A DNA stretch of 60,629 nucleotides, filler included, from Basidiobolus meristosporus CBS 931.73 (GCA_002104905.1; 3 parts of 3 records of this genome joined end to end with filler, not necessarily neighbours in it); one strand, 5' to 3'. Shown: positions 21,117-34,825, counted from the first letter of the whole stretch. Notes: generated by a model not told the origin, from the sequence alone. Numbers and translations: made by a program.

Positions 21117-21299
21117 CCCTATGAAAAATAAATTTGTCCTGCAGGTGGATCCAATCCAGATCAGCCATCAAGATCCCATCAGGAGACTGCAACAATACCA
21201 GCAGCTTGGAATTAGTGACCATCTACACAATCTTGTGATGGGATCATAACTGCGTTTTGCTAATTTTATAGCCAAATAAAGTTGATAAAATATGCCTGT

Positions 21300-24200
21300 G
21301 TTTGTATGGTGTTTTGCCAAAGCTGGTATAGCATTGCTGCAGTCTTAGTGTGCTTTACAACTATTTGAGTGGATCTAACAAGCCAGTACATCCAATTGTA
21401 TTATATGGCAAAAAACTTGACAGTGCTTTAACAGCCTCTTTGCAAGCCTTTGATAGCATTATCACAGCAGTATGGTGGCCTACAGCCAGTTCTGCATAAT
21501 GTTACCATACCAATTTACCAAATGGTATTTCCTTTTTCCATCTCCCCTTGTGCAATTCATATATTCCACTGTAGAGTCACCCCTCTTTATTTGTTACCCC
21601 GCTACTACCTTGGGTATTCCACCTATAGTTTGAGTCAAAAAATACTATGGCCTCCTGCGTACTAACCTCTACAAATGCACACACCTGCCGCAATTGACAT
21701 ATTTCTATCACCTCAACTTCATGGCTTTTTATTGCAATGCTTACAATGCTACCATATATCTTGCATTGCTGTCAGCATATACATCTTGCAAACATATGCT
21801 TGGTTGCCACCACTTCTTCCATAAATACCTCCTGTATATCTGCATAGAGCATTTTGGTATTTAGCCAATATATTCCTTTTCCCTGCTGGATTCTAGTCCC
21901 CCTTATAGGTGCATTCTAGCTTTTGTTTGTGTGAACTCTATATTGAATGGTGTAGAAATTGGCTTGTGACCAGGAGAGATCCATCATACCTTGGTAGAGT
22001 TTTCCTAATAAAAACTGGTTGCTTGTTGCTCCCAACCCAATCTTGCATTACTTAACTGATTACCAACGCATTGAGCCTGCATAGCTTCTTAATGACATAG
22101 GTATAGGTGTCTACATGTGCACATCTGTCCTCAGTATATTTCAACTCTAGCTGGCTGTCCTCCATGTGCCAACTCATCACATCCATCACAGACTGGAAGG
22201 TAATATTCTTGATGAGATTAGGATATGGTGGTACCTGCAACTTGACTTGTCTTCCTATCTCCCCACACATCCAATCCATAGGAAACTCCCAAAAGGTGAA
22301 GCAAGGTCCAATATTCTCAACACACCAAGCAAGATGGAGTAGCAAATGGATACAGTAGTGGCAGAGATCTATGTATTCAGCCTTATGTTTGTAGTATAGC
22401 TGCTCAAATCCTGTCACAAACTCTTTGCACAACAGCTGTAGATGTGTCAAGTTGGCACTGGTGATCTGCTTCTGAATAAATATTCCTACAATGTCCACAT
22501 ATGACTCCCAATGCTTCCAATGTACTCTTGGTAAAAATGGCTTCAGAAGTCCACCTGAATAAATACATATCCAGTTCATTCAGTCCTTGCACTTGCATTG
22601 TTGCATATATATGTGAATGTTGATTGGAGCTCATGAGAGGCACTTAGGGTAGCAGATACTCTGTAATATCTTGCCAATTCTTACAAATTTTCTGGTACCT
22701 CAAAGGGCTCATATAGCTTGAAATGCTCCATGTACAACCTAGTCATCAGTAAAGGGATATTGTTGAAAAGCAAATGCATTGCCCCCAGCAGAAAGCTTTT
22801 GCTCCAACAGATACCATCTATCTTGGGTATTCCCAGTTGGCAATTAATTCCATATTCTGGCCAATGGCTGATAGCTTGCCAACTTTGCTGCATTGTATTC
22901 TGACTTCTGTACATTGTCTTTGAGGGAAAATGATGCTCTTGGTGTTGGTGTTTAGATAAAAATAATGTGTGTGGGTTATGGAGTAAGTCCCCTGGATCTC
23001 CCACATTTGACAGCAGTGCTGTCCATTGTGGCCAGAAAAGCCACCTATTGTGCTGATGGCTGGAGTATCTCCAGTGTAGATAATAATATACACTTTTACA
23101 TGATGGCCATTTACTGTTATCCCACTGAAAGCATACAAAATTCATCCAGTAATGGATACAGGTGGTTATCCAGGTTGAACAGTGATTTAGGCCCATATAC
23201 CAGTGAGGCTACTATCAGATTTTGGCTCTGATACTGTAAGATAGATGGCAGATTCAGGTTGATGAGAATCACTGGCCAGCAGGATTTGCTGGTGGAGTAC
23301 TTGTTTAATGAGAATACATCAAGTGCCAAGGCAAAGGCATGGTCACACATACCTTCAAATAGCCCTTGCTTCTTAGCTATTTGTAATGTTTGCCATCAAA
23401 TATGTTGGATATGTTTGTGCTTGATTGATACTGAGTGTGCTACTGTATAGCTTTGCAATATTTGTTGGACTGCATGAGCTTCTTTATATGGGGTATAGCT
23501 GGAATATATCTGGAGTGTGAACAATGCTTTGCCCCAATGATGGTGAATTCCTGACAAGTTGGACACCTTGCAATGGAGAAATTTTCTGATGTGAATGCCA
23601 TGTAACTATTAACACATCCTGGTATCAGGATGGTCTCTGAGTCTTATGTTGCCAGTCACATGATGGTCTTCCACTTATACCATGTACATGGTAGTTGCAT
23701 CCTGTGATGATTTTGGTAAGAAGTGGTAGTAAACACTCAAAGCCCCCATTACTGATATTAGTGGAATTCACCACTTCTCTAGCCACAACATCACATCCTT
23801 CACCAGTAGATGGATAACTGGACTCACTTGATTCTATAAAGTATCATAGGCATTTTTTTCCACAGGTGTTGTCTCATTGCATAATGGGATTTTGCTGGGC
23901 TCATGCAGGGTACTGTTGTTAGGAAAGATAAGCTCACAATCCATCAATGAGCCTGCTCCTACAGAGCTATCACTCTGCAGGCCATATTCAGAAGGCTGAG
24001 GTGAGCCTAAAGGCATCACAAACTCTCCTAACTCAGTATGCACAAGGTGACAAGTACAGCCAGATGCCATTGTAGAAGTATCAAGTGGTCAGCAAGATAT
24101 TGTTGGTACAGTAGTGACTGGTGAGAGGTCAAATATGACTTGTGTGGCAAAACACTGGCTGTGATCCTAGTAATACTTCCTATGCTATATGCATGCTTCA

Positions 24201-24380
24201 TAGCTGAGAGGCTTGCTATAATAGCCACATAGTCTTATTTCTCTTCTCTGATGGTGTTGTATCAAAGTAGTCTTGTCAATGGGGCAAACAGTTTGACACT
24301 CAACAACATAATGCTATTATATCACTTTTCTGTTGATACTTGTGTTAATTTAAGACAGTCTTGTGTTTGAGACATTGCAC
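21300..24380 (-). pseudogene. Tnp2-family (Transposase_21-like) transposase, degraded
   Basis: FALALDVFSL...CWPVILINLNLPSILQY...YGPKSL...LYPLLDEF, YTGDTPAIS..GGFSGHNGQHCCQM and HLLLHLAWCVENIGPCFTFWEFPM. Many stops. Ends approximate. Confidence 0.8.
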
Positions 24381-24589
24381 CTAAATAGATGTAAGATTCA
24401 ATGATTACCCACCATTTTGAGCACTATAAATAAGGTTGTGGCACCACATACACATGCATAGGTAATGTCATTCCTCTTTTGGTTTGACTCACTTCTGTAT
24501 ATATGCTGCCAAAAAATAACGCAAAGTCATATGGTTCCCAAGTAAACCCCACCGCTGACAGCAGCAGAAGAATGGTTGGACAACAGAGT

Positions 24590-25933
24590 GGGCAAATACT
24601 CAAGAGGCTGTTAGAAGTCTAGCATGCCAATACCTCATGGCTGACATACCATGGCAGCATCAGGAACTCAAGGCCAAGCAGAATGAGCTTGACTTGCTCC
24701 ATGAGAATTATCTTGGATTCAAACAAGCAACCAGTTTTTGGGCCTGCATTAGTATTCTAAGAGAGTAACTGAAGAATAGCAGAAACCATTGAAGGCAGAA
24801 GAACAAGGGTGCAATGACTAAAAACCAGCAGCTTCCTCAAGAGCCCATTACAAGCAGAGCCAGAAGCCTCAAACAAGCATCAAAGAGACATCAGGTAACT
24901 AAAAGAGTGCTGATAAGGGAAAAGCAGGTAGACACATTTGTACCAGCACAACTTATACCATGGAAAGAGTGTACCTCTACTCAAGAAGCACTCTATCAAA
25001 GTAGCAGTGAAGCACCTGGCAGTGATAAAAACAAGTAGCTACCTCAGGAGCCTGTCACAACATGGGCTGAGAGCTTGAAACAAGTGGGAAAGAAGCATCA
25101 TGTTGCCTGCAGAGTGCCAGCAAGGGACAAGCAGGCCAAAGCTGATGCATCAGAGCTCCATTTATCAAGGAGAAGATGTAGTTAATTACAAGAAGCACTC
25201 AGACAAAGTAGCAATGAGAGACCTGGCATTGAGAAAGGAAAAGGTAAAGGGGAAAAGTCTACCCAAACCAGAGACAGTTAAGCATAAGAAAAAAGCAGCA
25301 GTTCTTACCAATTAATGCTATAAGCCCAAAACTGACTGAACACCATCATAACCAAGAAGAATTACCAGCAAGAAAACAACTGTTTTCACACAAGTTGGAA
25401 GCACAGCCAGTTGAGCTACACTCCAGTGAGGTGGATGAGCTTGCAGAGAAAGGCAATTGTGTACCACAGCCTCCAAATCATCCATTGTTGACAGAGTGGA
25501 GAACCCACTGACAGACAAAGTAATAGCATCAAGAGCTCAAAAGGTCATCACAATGCCTTTGGTGGAATTTTGGAACATTAATAGGCACACTAAGAGGTTG
25601 CAGTACTTCTTCAGGAGCAGCGCTCAAGAAAACACACTTGAATATTGCAAGGACTTATTGCAAAGACTGGAAGATGAGGAGCTAGACCTTGCAGTGCTGG
25701 CTGAAGACCACAATGTATGGGAACCAGTGAATGAACAATGGCATGAAGCTGTAGGGTTCTCACCAAAGTCATGGAAACACAGTGTTACAGCAGAAGTACT
25801 TATTGAGTGGTATATTTCAATGGAGTTACTTGTTGAGTGTGGGGCTGGGTTTAAAGTTAGTGTAGGGTGTAGGGACTTGTATAAGTCAATACAATTTGCA
25901 ATTAAGGTACAACTGAAGTTTCAACAGAAATAA
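24590..25933 (+). pseudogene. CACTA ORF2 of unknown function, degraded
   Basis: Divergent from Tnp2. ORFs 24814..25038, 25100..25315 and 25457..25933 have counterparts in copies B (37250-38620, minus), C (48450-49870, minus) and near 58650-59230. Confidence 0.6.
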
Positions 25934-26263
25934 ATCAATTTAGATGCATGAAAAATAAGAGAAACAGTTGAGTCAGATAGTAAGGAGTATGAAAAAGAGG
26001 CAATAGCCAATCAATGCTCACAAACATAGGAGGTGATAGGGTGTCCAGGATCAGAATGTGAGAAAACTGGCAGAGAACCAATCAAAAGCCACTTTTGAAC
26101 TACTATGATGTAAAATTTGACCAAGTTTTTTATTATATCTGGGGTGCAATTAGTTTTTGATGGTCTTTGCATAGTGTCTGGATAATAACAATACCTCTTA
26201 GTCATGGGACTTAGAATCTGTGATAGCCTTTTGATGAAATCATCACAATAGTTTCTCATAGGG

Positions 26264-27960
26264 TAGTACTGCAGCCTGCAGCCAGTTTAGCATAATGCTA
26301 CCATACCTGTTTACCAAATGGTATTTTCTTTTTCTAACTCCCCTTGTGCCATCCATATATTCCACTGTTGAGTCACCCCTCCATATTTGCTTACCCACCA
26401 CTACAATGGGTACTCTGCCTATAGCTTGAGTAAAAAAAACTATTCCTCCTGCTTACTGACCTCCACAAATGTGCACACCTGCTGCAATTGACACACCTTA
26501 ATCACCTCAACTTTAAGGCTTTTTAGTGTGATAATTGCAAAGTAGTCATCTACCGTGTATTGCAGGTGTAATATACATCTTGCAGACATATGCTTGATTA
26601 TCACCACTTTTGCCATGAATACCTCCTGAATATCTGCAAAGAACCCTGTGGTAATTGGCCAATATATTCCTTCTCCCTGTTGGATTCTAGTCCCCACAAT
26701 AGGTGCACTTTAGCACTTGTTTGTGATTTTTGGATTGAATGGTATACAAACTGGCTTGGGATCAACAGAAACCCAGCATACTCTGGTAAAGATGTCCTAA
26801 TCAGAGTTGGCTGCTTGCTGTGTCCAACCCAACCATGCGTAGCTTGACTGATTACCCACAGATTGGGGTTGCTTAGCATCTTAATGCCAAAGGCATAGAG
26901 GGCTCCATGCGCAAATCTGTCCTTAATATTTTCTAACTCTTCCTGGCTGTCCTCCATGTACCACCTAATCACATTCATGACAGACTTGGAGGTAATATTC
27001 TTGATGATATTGGGATATGGTGGCTCTTGCAACTTGACTTGCCTTCCTATCTCCCCACACATCCACATAATAGGAAATTCCCAAAAGGTGAAGCAAGGTT
27101 CAATATTATCCACACAACAAGCAAGATCAAGTAGAGTGTGGATACAGCAGTGGTGGGTTGGTATATAAGCCCAAGGGAGAGATATGTTCAGCACTTCTCA
27201 AGTGTTTTGTGAGTAGGTTGCTCACTGGGTGCAATAGCTTCTGGCAAAAGCTTACTGAGAAAACTTGTGGTCTGTCTCTACTCTAATGTGAAGGGGAATA
27301 AAGCCACTAGCTTGTCAGGGGAAGACTACTGAGCTACCATTCCCAATATAGTTGGCATCTCAACAGATATATGTGCTGGGTCCAGCATCCTTTGGGATGA
27401 CAATGTACTAGAGCTTCCAAGGCCAAAACAACCGTAAGCTCAGCCAGCAGGAACCTGATAAGAATACAGCTGTGATCAACAGTTACAAAAACAGAAAAGC
27501 TTCTATGCCTATAAATGAACAAACTTGGGAGAGAATAAGTATAATAAAAGATACCTACTCTGAGTATTCTTCACAGGTAGTGCCTCCAAGGTCAGTTGGT
27601 TGTCAGTGTGGTGTCCTGGGAGTGTCCTATGGTCTGGGATAGAGAGTACAGGTAGCAGCAGATAGCAATGGTCAAGCTAATCAGCAAGTTGGTATATTGA
27701 TAAAAGGGATGATGAATTATTATTGAGGGATTGCCTGCTGGAAAGCGTACAAAATTCATCCAGCAATGGATATAGGTAGCTGTCCAGGTTCCGTGGAGAT
27801 TCAGGCCTAGATACCAGTGAGACAATCATTAAGTATCTGCTCTGATACTGTAAGATAAGTGACAGATTCAGGTTGATGAGAATCAGTGGCCAGCAAGATT
27901 TTCTGGTAGAGTAATTGTTTAATGAGAATCCATCAAGTGCCAAGGAAAAGTCATGATTAC
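26264..27960 (-). mobile_element. CACTA Tnp2 fragments interrupted by a Gypsy LTR fragment
   Basis: ORFs 26440..26697, 26601..27194 and 27677..27964 are homologous to copy A Tnp2. Confidence 0.75.
27151..27732 (-). repeat. Truncated LTR of the Gypsy-1/2 family
   Basis: Aligns with 14221-14810 (cacttctcaagtg, gatgacaatgtact, gtagtgcctccaaggtcagttgg). Ends approximate. Confidence 0.8.
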
Positions 27961-28049
27961 ACATGTTGAAATATTGGACTATTTGGTATCATTCAGCACT
28001 AAATGCTTACTTTGCAATTCTGAACTAGACTTGGTCACTGTAGGACTAG

Positions 28050-29333
28050 CCTCCACCTATTTGATCATATACCTTTTTTAGTTTGACTTACTCATCTGAA
28101 TGGTGTTTTCTCATCAATTGCATCACTACCACTGGATTGCATTTTGACACATTAGAGGAAATCTATACCTAGTACTGTGGGCCATCTACCCCAATCTACT
28201 CAAGGAGATCCCATGTTAAGCTTCTCTGCTATTAAAAGAAATATTGCCCTACAAGGTTTCATCTTACCATTTGTGGCAACAGCGGTCCTAGAAGCCTTCA
28301 TTCACAGCTGACAGCAATGGAAAACCACCTTGCAGAGGGTATGAATGTCCTAGAGCAAGCTTAGATTACAAGGTCCAGAAGCTCAAATATACTTGCATAT
28401 TCCAGAGTGTTCAGAAACAAGTTCCATATCAGGAGTTCTTTAGATACCTTCCCAGCCAGGATTAACAGACCTTATAGATGGCTGAGGCACTTTGATTCTG
28501 GCAAATACAAGGCATGCTGTGTGAAGCTTTAAGCATTATGTGACATTAAGGGTAACATCATCTGGTTTAGTGGGCCATCTCCTGGAAGTAGGTATATACA
28601 AAGCACTCTGGGGAGAGAATCATTCAGAATTCAGTAGAGGGAAAGATGTATGGCAGTCTTGGCTGATACAGGAGTGGATTGCCAGAGATTAAGATGTGTC
28701 ACAGCTCAAAGGAAGCAAAGGAATGGAGTGCTTAGCAGGAAGCAGAAGCTCTACAATGAGATATTTAATCATTTCCAAGTGAGAGTAGAGCCTACACTTG
28801 GATATCTAAAGATATTAAGCCTTTTAGCAGGTAAATATGGAGGAAAGTCATATATAGTGGAAAGCAGCAGAATAGACTTGTTCCATCATTCCAGCTGATC
28901 ATAGTGCCCAATAGTGCCATAGCAAGCCAGATGGTGCCTGATCATGCCACAGAGTGCCAGATTGTGCCATACAATGCCAATTTGGGATCAAAATCAACAT
29001 GCATATGACCCTAAGATATCAAATTAATAACAAAATATTCAGCACTTTCTGGCAAAATGATCAATGGCACAATGGAACAAGTCTAATAGGTAAAATAATT
29101 AAGACATGTATTAATGCACAGTATACTTGTACAAGAAGACATCCACTGAGAGAAGTGTGTCTGGGGCATTATGATGAGTAAATAAAGCACAAGAAGCACT
29201 GTTCTGAGCAATATAAGTAATATTGAGTCAAATTTCCAGTAACTGTATCCAACCACTGGCAAATGGTACAAATTAGAGTGCCAGATCAATCTGGGTCAAC
29301 AAGCAGGCTGGCACTGTCCAGCCAAACAAGTCT
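28050..29333 (+). mobile_element. Decayed copy of the Harbinger-like element (transposase plus right end)
   Basis: Colinear with 43960-45057. Pseudo-ORF 28083-29181 (ATG changed to TTG, with stops). Degenerate right TIR GGCACTGTCCAGCCAAACAAGTCT ends at 29333. Confidence 0.88.
28874..29084. mobile_element. 211-bp non-autonomous mini-element of the same family
   Basis: TIRs AGACTTGTTCCAT / ATGGAACAAGTCT. Perfect 3-bp TSD AAT (28871-28873 and 29085-29087). The empty site is visible in the intact transposase (CAGAATAGG, about 44775). Confidence 0.92.
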
Positions 29334-30117
29334 CTTATGTAGACAGTGAAGCAATTGCTGCAGGTCATCAGAAGGCAAACAGATAAGATCTGACCTTGTT
29401 GTCAAGTTTGAGAATAAAGTTGAAGGAAAATCAAGCTATTTTCTTGGAACAGAAGTCACATTTAACATACCTATGCAGGTAATTGAGATGAGTCAGCCTA
29501 AGTACATCAGGGACATTCCTGGATGCTTCAAAAAAAATTGCAAGCCTGAAGCAACCCCCATGAACAGTAACCTGAAATTGAGTAAATCTCAACCAGTTTT
29601 AGGTTAAAACAACTCAGATATAGACCAAAGGTATTCCTGTTAATCAATGATTGATAGCCTGCCAGGCTTGATGGTGTCAACGCATCCAGATATTGCAGTT
29701 GCAGCTGGAATAGTCTGTTGATTTGAGTAGATTTACGAATCTGTTCAAATTGCAGCAGTGAAGTAAATCTTTAAATTTCTGCAAGGTACCATCAATATGG
29801 TTCTGGAATACTCTGGAGCCACTAATAGGCATAAATTTGGTGGCTATAGTGATTTATATTGGAGTAGAGATCTGTTTGAGAGATACCCTACCACCTGGTA
29901 TGTGTTTCTTTATGCTGGTGCAACTATCACTTGGAATTACAAGAAACAACCAACTGTGGCACTATCTACAACTGATGCTAAATATATGGCTGCTTGCCAA
30001 GCAACTAAGGAGGCTGTATGGTACAGATATTATTCACAAACTTAGGCTTTAATCAGATGAGCCAACATGTATTTACAAAGATAATCAAAGTTGCATTTCA
30101 TTAGCTAGGAATCCTAC
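29334..30117 (+). pseudogene. Ty1/Copia RT-RNase H fragment
   Basis: HPDIAVAAG, YSDLYWSRD, GATITWNYKKQPTVALSTTDAKYMAACQATKEAVW and DNQSCISLARNP. Confidence 0.85.
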
Positions 30118-33100
30118 TGTTATGATCTGCTACTTGAATGTATAAGTTAGAACAGTTTTTAGTCAATTCAACTAGTTGTATGTTTAGCCTATTGGTATGT
30201 CAGTATTATCTATCAAATTAGTAGCATTAGTCAGCAAATGAATCAGCAGATCCTTATCAGTTAGAAATAGATATATTAAGTAGGATCTTGTTAAGTTATG
30301 ATGATGCAATCAAATGAGTCTTCAGCTACTGCCTACATTAGAAAATATAACTAGTCAGCAATTAATCTGGCAAAATGTATATAAGGAGCTGCTGGAACCT
30401 CAATAAAGATAAGTTCAGGTTTTAGTGAATACAATACTATCTATACTCCCTATTCCTCTACAACTCTTATACCAAGATTTGTAACATTGGTAGCAGCAAT
30501 AACCAGAAACATCCCTCCTGAAGAAAGAAGAAGCCTCCCTAAAGATGTTCAAAAATCCAGAATGGAAGAATGCTATGCAACAAATCCTGGCCCAGCAGCA
30601 ACAATTACTCCAGATCCTAAGCCAGCAGCAACAAGGAATGAATACCATGGCCCAAAGCCAGCAAAACCTTGTCAAGAGCAACTTTAGTGTGAAGGTCAAC
30701 TGGTACAACAGTAGAGTCAACAAAAACCTGTAAACTTGGCTCTTCCAGATTGAAGAAGCTATCAAGGCTAAAGGATTGCTCCAGAAAGTAAGTTACATTA
30801 TGCAGCCTCTTACCTTACATGTGCAGCTTTACAGTGGTACCACAACAAGATCAGGTCAGCCACCATGATGGGATGCTTTACAATCTCTACCTGTGATGGG
30901 TTTGTGATGGAAATTCAGGATGCCTTTGAGCACCCATGCCAACAGACACTACAAGAAGAAAGTTGAAGACACTCAGACAGAAAGGAATGGTCCAAGGGTT
31001 CATATATGAGTATAGATGTCTACATGGGTAAATTGAAAGAATGGACTCTCTGGATCAAGTTGAATACTTTATTGATGGGTTGAAAGAAAGAACTTGTGAG
31101 GAATGGAATTATCAAAGATCATAGACTATTGAAGAAACCACCAAGATTGCCATTGACTATGACTGAGCAATGTTTGGAGTTGGGAAGCCCACAATGACTA
31201 ATCAGAGAGGCTACAATCACTATGAAAGAAGACAATTAGAAGCAGTGCCAATGGAAATAGATGCTATGCAGAAGAATTCTACCTCAAAAGAATGTAAGAA
31301 GAAAGGACTTTGCTTCAATTGCCACCAGCAAGGATATATTGCAAAGTACTGCCCTCAGAGAAGATATGGACACCAGCCATCAAGAGCCTTTAACCATATT
31401 GAGGCCCTGGAACATAGTAACATGGAGGATACACTTGAAGATGACTCAGAACTCACCTTCAATATGACAGAAGAATACATACGCCAGATGACCTCAAACT
31501 CAGGAAAGCTATTATATTTGAATGGAGTAATCAATGGAGTACCTGCCATGATCATGATTGACCCAGAAGAATCACATGAGTACATGTAAGAGCAATTTGC
31601 TTTGAAAGCTGGAGTCAACTCAGAACCCAGCAAATCAACTTCAGTCTCAACAACTGATGGGAACTCTCAAATAACTAACCATATTACTCAGCCAGCAAGG
31701 GTGAAGATCAATGACTATGAAGAAGACTACAGGCCTATATATTTGGGAACTGCAGGTTTGACCTTGTACTTGGGAAAACCTGGCTATTTTGTTGTAATCC
31801 ATCAACCAACTGGAGAGCTCATGCTACTCAGATCTACAAGGACACCAAGACCAATGAGCTATTACCTGCCAGACTGGATTCTAACTTGGTCAATTCCAGT
31901 GTGCGTAAAACAAGTGAACTTAGCAAGACACAGTTCTGTAGAGTACTAAGAAAAGACTCTTGGATGCTCCTCATGGCAGTATTACAGGAGAATTCCTCTA
32001 CTCCAGTACCCCAGAAGGTCCAGACTCCTTTGAAGGAATAGTCAAACATATTTCTAGATGAACTTGTAAGCCTACCACCCTTCAGAGATGTGGATCATGC
32101 CACTGAAACAGGAGATAGCCCTCCAGTGAGTAAACATCTCACAGAATGAGTCCATTAGAGTTGGAAGAGATGAAGAGACAAATAGATTAGTTACTGGAGC
32201 AAGGATACATCAGACCCAGCAAGTCACCTTTGGGAGCACCATAACTTTTGTGAAGTACTTAGCCATGAGTTTTGGCCTCACCAATGCCACTGTAAAATTC
32301 ATGACCCTGATGCAGACTGTCTTCCAGGAGTCCTTAGACAGGTTTGTGACAATCTACATAAATGATGTATTGATATACAACAAGACAGGAGTGGATCACT
32401 TGTTGCACATTGAAAAGGTCTTGAAGAAGCTAAGAGAGCACAAGCTTTATGGCAAGCTACCCAAGTGTGAATTCTTCAAGGAACACATTAAATATTGGGA
32501 CACATAGTGACTAGCACAGGAGCAACCTTAGACCCTAAGAAGTTTGAAGTTACCAAGAATCTGAAGCAGCCCCATAGCAAATCAGAGCTCATATCATTCC
32601 TTGGAATGTTTCCTATTATCAGAAACTTGTCAAGTCCTTTGCTAGTATTGCAGCCCCTTTAACTGATATCCTCAAGAAAGACAATACCTTCAAGTGGGAC
32701 ATAGCTTGTAAGATTACCTTTCAGATGCTCAAGAATGAACTTGCTAAGCTGCCAGGCTTGAGAATACCGGATTTCAGAAAGGAGTTTACTCTGTGCACAG
32801 ATGCTTCAGATTATGCAATTGGTGGAGTGTTGAGCCAACAACTCAAGCGAAAGGGCTACCCTGTTGCCTTTGGGTCCAAGAAACTGAACTCAGCTGAACA
32901 GAACTATCCAGTTCATGAGAAGGAGATGCTTGCTATAATACACTGTTTGAAGACAAGGGGATGCTATATTGAAGGAGACAAATGTACTGTGAGGACCAAT
33001 CATGCCTCCCTCAAGTATATATTTACTCAGAGGGTACTCTCTAGAAGAATGAAAAGATGGAGTGAATACATTCAGCAATTTGATTTGAAGATTGTCTACT

Positions 33101-34825
33101 GCCCTACAAAAACAACACAGTTGCTGACGTCTTTTTACAATTAGGACAAGTTGCACAACTCAACTTGGTGCATGAATCAGATTGGCCTAGCCTATTACCA
33201 AAGTACTTGGAGGACCAAGCCATTCCTAATGAGGTGGCTGAAGATATCAAAAAGATAATCCATGATAAAGCCAGCAAATTTGTAGTACAGGATAAAACAC
33301 TCTACCAAATTGTTGATGGAAGCCCTATTACCTGTTGCCCTTATGTTGCTTGCCTGGATTTAATTCATACGCTACACAATGGTTATGGAAATCTTGGAAT
33401 TAAAGGAATCTATAGCCTTGTGAAAGCCAGAGCATGGTGGCCCAATATGTAACATGACATTGAGAAGCTAGTGAAAACATGCCCAAATTGCCAAATCAAC
33501 CAAGGCCAACCACAGAGAATTGCTGAACTCTTTCCCTTGGAACCTGTAAAACCATTCAAAAGATGGAGAATTGACTTTATTGGAAGACTGCCAACTACCA
33601 GGAAGTGCAACTGTTGGATCCTAGTAGCAACTGACCATACCACCAAATGGCCAATGGCTAAATCTGTACCTACAGCCAGTAAACCGGAAGTTGCAAGTTT
33701 TATCTACCATCAGATCCTTATGAAGTTTGGTTGGCCTGTAGAGATTCTATCTGATAGAGATGCAAACTTTATGGCAAAGACATTGCAAGCTTACCTGGAA
33801 ATGTAGCAGATCAAACACTTGAAAACCTTGGCATATCATCCCAGAACTAATGGGGTCACTGAACAGTTTTATGGATTATATGGAAAAATGCTGACTAAGT
33901 ATAGAAATGAAGTTGTCAGTAGATGGGATGAGTATATAGACCAAGCACTCTTTGCATGCAGAGTAAGAGTACACAACACCACCCAACAATTGCCATTTTA
34001 CTTAGCATATGGATGTGGACCAAGGATTCCAGGAGATCTCACACAACCAAAGCTTACCAACACCTTAGAAGATGAACTCAGTCAGCCAAGTGGACACCAG
34101 CAACTAGAACAAAGACGTCAAGAGGCACAGACCAAAGTACCTCAAAGTGGAGAAAAGATGAAGCAAAGATTTGATAAGACTATAGCACCAGAAGCATTGA
34201 CAGCTGGGAACTTTGTATTGCTCAGAAACAACACTTGGAAGAAGTATGAGCCCCAATGGAGAGAACCATGCAAGATCATCAGAGAATATCCATTTGCAAC
34301 TTACCAAGTAGTGGACCAACAAAGCAATATCTGGGAAGACTTAGTGCATAGGGACAGACTCAAGCTTACAAGACTTGCTGCTAATACCAAACCAGCAAGA
34401 TATTGGTATCACAAGAAAAGAGATTCAGGAGAACCCTCTCAACTTTGATAGGGGAATGTTATCATCTGCTGCTTGAATGTTTAAGTAAGATCAGTTTTTA
34501 GTCAAATCAATTAGTTGTATGTTTAGCTTATCAGTATATCAGTATTGTCTATCAAATCAGTAGCATTAGCCAGCAAATGAATCAGCAGATCCTTATCAGA
34601 CAGAAACACATATATTGAGTAGGCTCTTATTAGGTGATGATGATGCAATTATATAAGTCATCAGCCACAGCCTATGTTAGGAGGTACACTTAGGCAGCAA
34701 TTGATCTGGCAAACTGTGTATAAGGAGCTGCTGGAACCTCAATCCAGATCAGCTCAAGTTTTAGCAAATACAATACTAGCTAAACTCCCTACTCCTCTAT
34801 AAATCTTAAACCAAGACTTGCAACA
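30118..34825 (+). mobile_element. Ty3/Gypsy element Gypsy-3 (unrelated family), decayed
   Basis: Two 369-bp LTRs (30118-30486 and 34457-34825, TGTTAT...AACA, roughly 84% identical). PBS TGGTAGCAGC at 30488-30497 (tRNA-iMet-like). PPT AGGGGAA before 34457. No TSD. Confidence 0.9.
30545..34448 (+). pseudogene. Gypsy-3 gag-pol remnant
   Basis: CFNCHQQGYIAKYC knuckle, MSFGLTNAT and YINDVLI (RT), TDASDYAIGGVL (RH), IDFIG and YHPRTNGVTE (IN). Stops and an internal RT deletion. Confidence 0.87.

Larger units (their letters stand above)
21117..26263 (-). mobile_element. CMC/EnSpm (CACTA) element copy A, about 5.1 kb
   Basis: TIRs CCCTATGAAAAA (21117) and TTTCTCATAGGG (26263). Subterminal GATCCCATCA repeats. 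Tnp2 remnant on minus and ORF2 remnant on plus. No TSD because the flanks belong to different elements. Confidence 0.8.

Noticed and set aside
28027-28038. AGACTTGGTCAC as the left TIR of the decayed Harbinger copy
   Set aside because: Only a partial match, about 55 bp from the start codon, with no matching TSD at the right end. Left boundary left undefined.
28901-28980. Periodic repeats as a CRISPR-like array
   Set aside because: The period is 10 bp with a 4-5 bp core. There are no 25-45 bp repeats with unique spacers and no cas genes, and the context is eukaryotic.
34319-34456. Chromodomain at the end of the Gypsy integrases
   Set aside because: All three integrases end shortly after the GPY/F-like region with no YLVKW-type motif.
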